40,064 bases of DNA from a virus. Its lineage: Duplodnaviria > Caudoviricetes. The notes beneath the pieces are model-generated. The model did not search any database. It was not told the origin of the DNA and saw nothing but the letters and a program-made list of their open reading frames with translations. The DNA lies in the IMG/VR virus record IMGVR_UViG_3300012953_000071, positions 1 to 40,064 of that record. One strand, 5' to 3'. Both the position numbers and the translations under genes were made by a program. Below, in pieces: positions 36,641-40,064 of this stretch (positions are counted from its first letter, which is position 1; every line of letters starts with the position of its first letter).

Positions 36641-37221
36641 TGGGATTCAAAAGAAAACTCTATGGCAAGAAAGGTAAGAAAAATTCAATAACCACTTCTT
36701 CTCTATCAAATGAGATAGATTTGAGATCTGAATTTGATGAAATCATATATGGTACGGGCGGTGGGATACCCCATGGTAAAAAAGTAATAATAAGAAAATT
36801 TAGAGTTGATGATGATAACAATTTATCTGCATGCAGCTGTAGGGATGAAATGACAAATGAAGGTGATCCAGATTGCCCTTACTGTCTCGGTGAAGCTTAT
36901 TTTTGGGACGAAGACTGGGCAGTGACGTATTCTATGTTTGTTGGATCTGATGGAGGTCTGACTAGAAGGAACATTCCGTTTCAACCAGGTACCGTTAGGG
37001 TTGATTCAAAAGTATTTTATTTTCGATATGACACTGATTTCGCATACACTGATAAGATAGTTGAAATCAAACTTGATACCGAAGGGGATCCAGTAGTACC
37101 ATATATACGACAAGCGATATACAAGCCTGAATCTATAGTAGAGTATAGGTCAGATTATGGAAGATTAGAATATCTTGCAGTTTACTGCAGGGAAAATGAC
37201 GCAATTAGGTTGGATTTATAA
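36640..37221 (+). CDS. putative head closure protein with Cys cluster
   Basis: Position; CSC...CPYCLG motif. Confidence 0.5.
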   Translation: MGFKRKLYGKKGKKNSITTSSLSNEIDLRSEFDEIIYGTGGGIPHGKKVIIRKFRVDDDNNLSACSCRDEMTNEGDPDCPYCLGEAYFWDEDWAVTYSMFVGSDGGLTRRNIPFQPGTVRVDSKVFYFRYDTDFAYTDKIVEIKLDTEGDPVVPYIRQAIYKPESIVEYRSDYGRLEYLAVYCRENDAIRLDL

Positions 37222-38006
37222 TGTCATCAAGTGATTCAATAATAACGGAAGAAATCAAGGGGGATCTCCTTGACGACAACGTTATGACTCTCATCATAAC
37301 TGATGGTGGTCAAATAAAGTATAAAGAAGAATTAAGGATAGAATTGGATAATCCATATATATTCGATCCTTCACATTTTCTTCCAAATACAACCCCGATG
37401 AATTTACCAAGATTTTTTAAAATCGCAAGTCAGCTTATATCTGATGCTCAATCGAGAGCAGGTATAGTTGACGACGAGATTGTAGAACTTGTTGAAGAAT
37501 ATCCACCTGATAACTTTGCTAGACTCGGTGACGAGGCTATTGCATTCAGGGTTCTCAAAAGAGAACCCGCTAGGATGAATGCAAAAGGTACAGCCAGACC
37601 TCACCGAAAAAGCACTTACTACTATGAAACTATGTCACCGGAATATCCGAATAAAACTATTGTTGTTGAATCTCGTCCAGTAGATCATATAATTGAATTT
37701 ACTTGTTGGGCTAAAACTAACAAACTTGCAAATAATAGAGCACTTTGGTTAGAGAAATTATTCGTTAATCATGCTTGGGCTTTTGAAACGCAAGGTGTAG
37801 AAAGATTTTTTTGGAGAGACCGTGGACCCGATACGTTCACCACAACTGGTGGGCAACGGTTGTTTTATAGACCGATAAACTTTTTTGTTCGCTTTAGAGA
37901 ATTTGAAATTAAAAGCAATCCACTTGTTAAGCAAATTATCGTTAGCTTTTCTGCAAGTGAAAGCCCAATTTCATCTGAAATAAGTGAAACAAGTAATTAT
38001 GAATAA
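37221..38006 (+). CDS. putative tail completion/terminator protein
   Basis: Immediately upstream of the sheath; IEFTCWAKTN..AN..A.WLE pattern. Confidence 0.5.
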   Translation: MSSSDSIITEEIKGDLLDDNVMTLIITDGGQIKYKEELRIELDNPYIFDPSHFLPNTTPMNLPRFFKIASQLISDAQSRAGIVDDEIVELVEEYPPDNFARLGDEAIAFRVLKREPARMNAKGTARPHRKSTYYYETMSPEYPNKTIVVESRPVDHIIEFTCWAKTNKLANNRALWLEKLFVNHAWAFETQGVERFFWRDRGPDTFTTTGGQRLFYRPINFFVRFREFEIKSNPLVKQIIVSFSASESPISSEISETSNYE

Positions 38007-38021
38007 CTTTAGGAGGTTAAT

Positions 38022-40064
38022 ATGCCTTATGATAGCATACCTGGAGTAGGAGCGACTTATCTTGATGGAGCCTTTCGCACATCAAACTCTTCTGCCCAGC
38101 CAAAAATTTTAATTCTTGGTACTGCATCCAAAGGTCTCACTAACGAGCTTTATTCCGTAACTTCAGTTGCTGCAGCAGAAAATGAATTTGGATCTACATC
38201 AGAAATGATGAAGCCACTTCACGAAGCAATAACTCAAGGTTCAGACAATATCTCAGTAATGAGAATTGGTGGCCAGCAAGGCCACATAAAAATTGTAGAC
38301 AGTGAGGGCGGATCACTCAAGATCACACCAGAACACAGAGATGATGAGATTCTGGATAAATATAAACTAGTACTCCTCAACAATGGAGACGGAGATCTTA
38401 GAATCCTTGTATACGATGCTGATAAGCAGAACTATGTATATGATTCAGAAGAAATTGAAGTACTTGATACAGGTATTGTAGCTGTAGAAAACAATGACTT
38501 CGGAGCGTTGTCAATAGGGGACGTAGACACGATAGATGATACATTCGATTCTACCGCACCTGAGGGTGCTCCAACGTTTACAGAAATATCTGACGGCACA
38601 GTTGTTGTTGGAGATTTTACTGCATTTGGTGCTTTTAGTGGTACCTGCTCAGCTATGAGTGGTGAAGCTGGAGATGATGGAACATCAATGTCTCTTGCAG
38701 AAAGATATGCAGCTTTAAATTCAGCATATCAAATTCTAGATTATAGAGATGGAGATTACATTCTTCCCGTTGGAGTACATTTCGACGCAGCAAACGTATC
38801 TGACGGATCGACACCTGATTATGGCTCTGGAACACCAGCGGCTGGATCAAGCGGCGATGTCTTGGGATATGTCTGGGAATATATCTACCGTGGAAAGAAG
38901 TACACCTACATGTCAGAGGTATCTGACTTGTTTAGCGGCTCCTATACTGCTAAATGTACTCTTGGGGGTAGCCTGTCGCTTGAAGGTAATGGTGCTGATA
39001 TATCACCTGGAACAGAAGGCGAAATGCTTGAAATATTCTTCTGGGACGATGGGACCGCAGTAGGTGCTTCGCCAGTACTAAGCACTGTTGACTACCTGGG
39101 CGTAGGCTACGATTATCGCCTTGCAGTTCAGGTAGAAACCGGAACCACAACTTGGGAGAACATTGAAACTGTGCTTACTGGTGTATCCTTCACTAATCGT
39201 GCAAGTGTTTTGGCAAGTGCTACAGGTACTATAGCGATAACTGCTGACTGGGTGCATGGCACTGCTGAAGATGGTGATGAACTTGGAGAGCCTTTCAGCC
39301 TTGAAGAAGTATTGTCTCATGAAGAGCTTACTGGTGAGAAAGCTCCAGCTGGTGTTAGAGTCAAATTTGGTGCCGGTGAAGATGCTGAACTTCGTGAAGT
39401 AAACTTTGGTCACCAACTAGCTTCTTTCTGCCATCATGCTTCAACAACTTGGAGAACAATGATTGGTTGCATTAGCTTTATCGGGCCAAAAGCTTACGAT
39501 AGAACTACTGTTTCAGCTTGGGCTGGAGAGCTTCCTTCGTATGAGTACATAAATGGTACTCTCGGTATTGATGGCTCAGCTAATGATGGTGTCGGAATTG
39601 CTGGAAGTAAATTCCTTGCAGGCGAAAATGGCTATCGAACAGCAATGATCGATGATGCTACTACAGAAGGTCTCGGCTACGGTGGACTTATCCTTACTAA
39701 AGGTGGCAGTCTTCCGAATGGGCTACCTTACGGTATCAATGATGATGACGAGGCTGAAGATGCGAATGGCAGGCCAGTTGATATTGGAAGACACCTTTTG
39801 GTGACTTACGACCACCCGATAGTTAGCAATAGCTATGATGGTGGTTCAGCTTATCGCAGTTCACTTTGTGGAACGCTAGCTGGAAAGCTAGCAGTGACGC
39901 CAGTGAATGAAGAGCCTATTGGAGTTAACGGTTACGTTCGCAAAGTAGCTAGACCTCCAAGAATGCTTGCTCCTCAGCAAAATGATCTTGCATCAATTCG
40001 TGCTATCGGTCTCAGAAGAGAAGAGGGTCTAGGTTACATACTAGTTTCTTGCCGAACTGCAGCA
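38022..40064 (+). CDS. contractile tail sheath protein, 3' end outside window
   Basis: Not in ORF track. AGGAGG RBS; MPYDSIPGV...ILILGTASKGLTNELYSVTSVAAAENEFG...VMRIGG is a typical sheath N-terminus. Confidence 0.82.
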   Translation, partial: MPYDSIPGVGATYLDGAFRTSNSSAQPKILILGTASKGLTNELYSVTSVAAAENEFGSTSEMMKPLHEAITQGSDNISVMRIGGQQGHIKIVDSEGGSLKITPEHRDDEILDKYKLVLLNNGDGDLRILVYDADKQNYVYDSEEIEVLDTGIVAVENNDFGALSIGDVDTIDDTFDSTAPEGAPTFTEISDGTVVVGDFTAFGAFSGTCSAMSGEAGDDGTSMSLAERYAALNSAYQILDYRDGDYILPVGVHFDAANVSDGSTPDYGSGTPAAGSSGDVLGYVWEYIYRGKKYTYMSEVSDLFSGSYTAKCTLGGSLSLEGNGADISPGTEGEMLEIFFWDDGTAVGASPVLSTVDYLGVGYDYRLAVQVETGTTTWENIETVLTGVSFTNRASVLASATGTIAITADWVHGTAEDGDELGEPFSLEEVLSHEELTGEKAPAGVRVKFGAGEDAELREVNFGHQLASFCHHASTTWRTMIGCISFIGPKAYDRTTVSAWAGELPSYEYINGTLGIDGSANDGVGIAGSKFLAGENGYRTAMIDDATTEGLGYGGLILTKGGSLPNGLPYGINDDDEAEDANGRPVDIGRHLLVTYDHPIVSNSYDGGSAYRSSLCGTLAGKLAVTPVNEEPIGVNGYVRKVARPPRMLAPQQNDLASIRAIGLRREEGLGYILVSCRTAA

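Noticed and set aside
38653-39416. Short ORFs listed near the window end
   Set aside because: They overlap the open tail-sheath frame starting at 38022, which the track omits because it has no stop in the window.
1-40064. CRISPR array, integrase/transposase, or stop-codon recoding
   Set aside because: Repeats are not regularly spaced, no recombinase or transposase motifs were seen, and long genes read cleanly in the standard code with all three stops in use.

Overview
This window is part of a large tailed dsDNA phage genome, probably a myovirus because it encodes a tail sheath. It has two divergent arms meeting at about 15.3-15.7 kb. The right arm (+ strand, 15705 to the end) is a virion morphogenesis operon: probable small terminase, a 1150-aa exonuclease-like/SNase fusion, Gly/Ala-rich proteins, large terminase, portal, prohead protease/scaffold, capsid proteins, Ig-like and head-tail proteins, and a tail sheath. 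The left arm (- strand, 1-15265) looks like an early/accessory region. It is centred on a 1142-aa single-chain double-psi beta-barrel RNA polymerase of the YonO/QDE-1 (cellular RdRP-like) type, which has an optional N-terminal zinc ribbon. Around it lie many small membrane proteins, a repeated 'terminator hairpin + TTTTTTATTTAAYGG + new hairpin' junction, a family of C-GCAA-G hairpins, two long ORF-poor hairpin-dense tracts (about 0.95 and 1.3 kb, candidate large ncRNAs), and a tRNA-like RNA whose anticodon loop is replaced by a pseudoknot. All calls come from reading motifs and base pairing by eye; no searches or folding programs were run.
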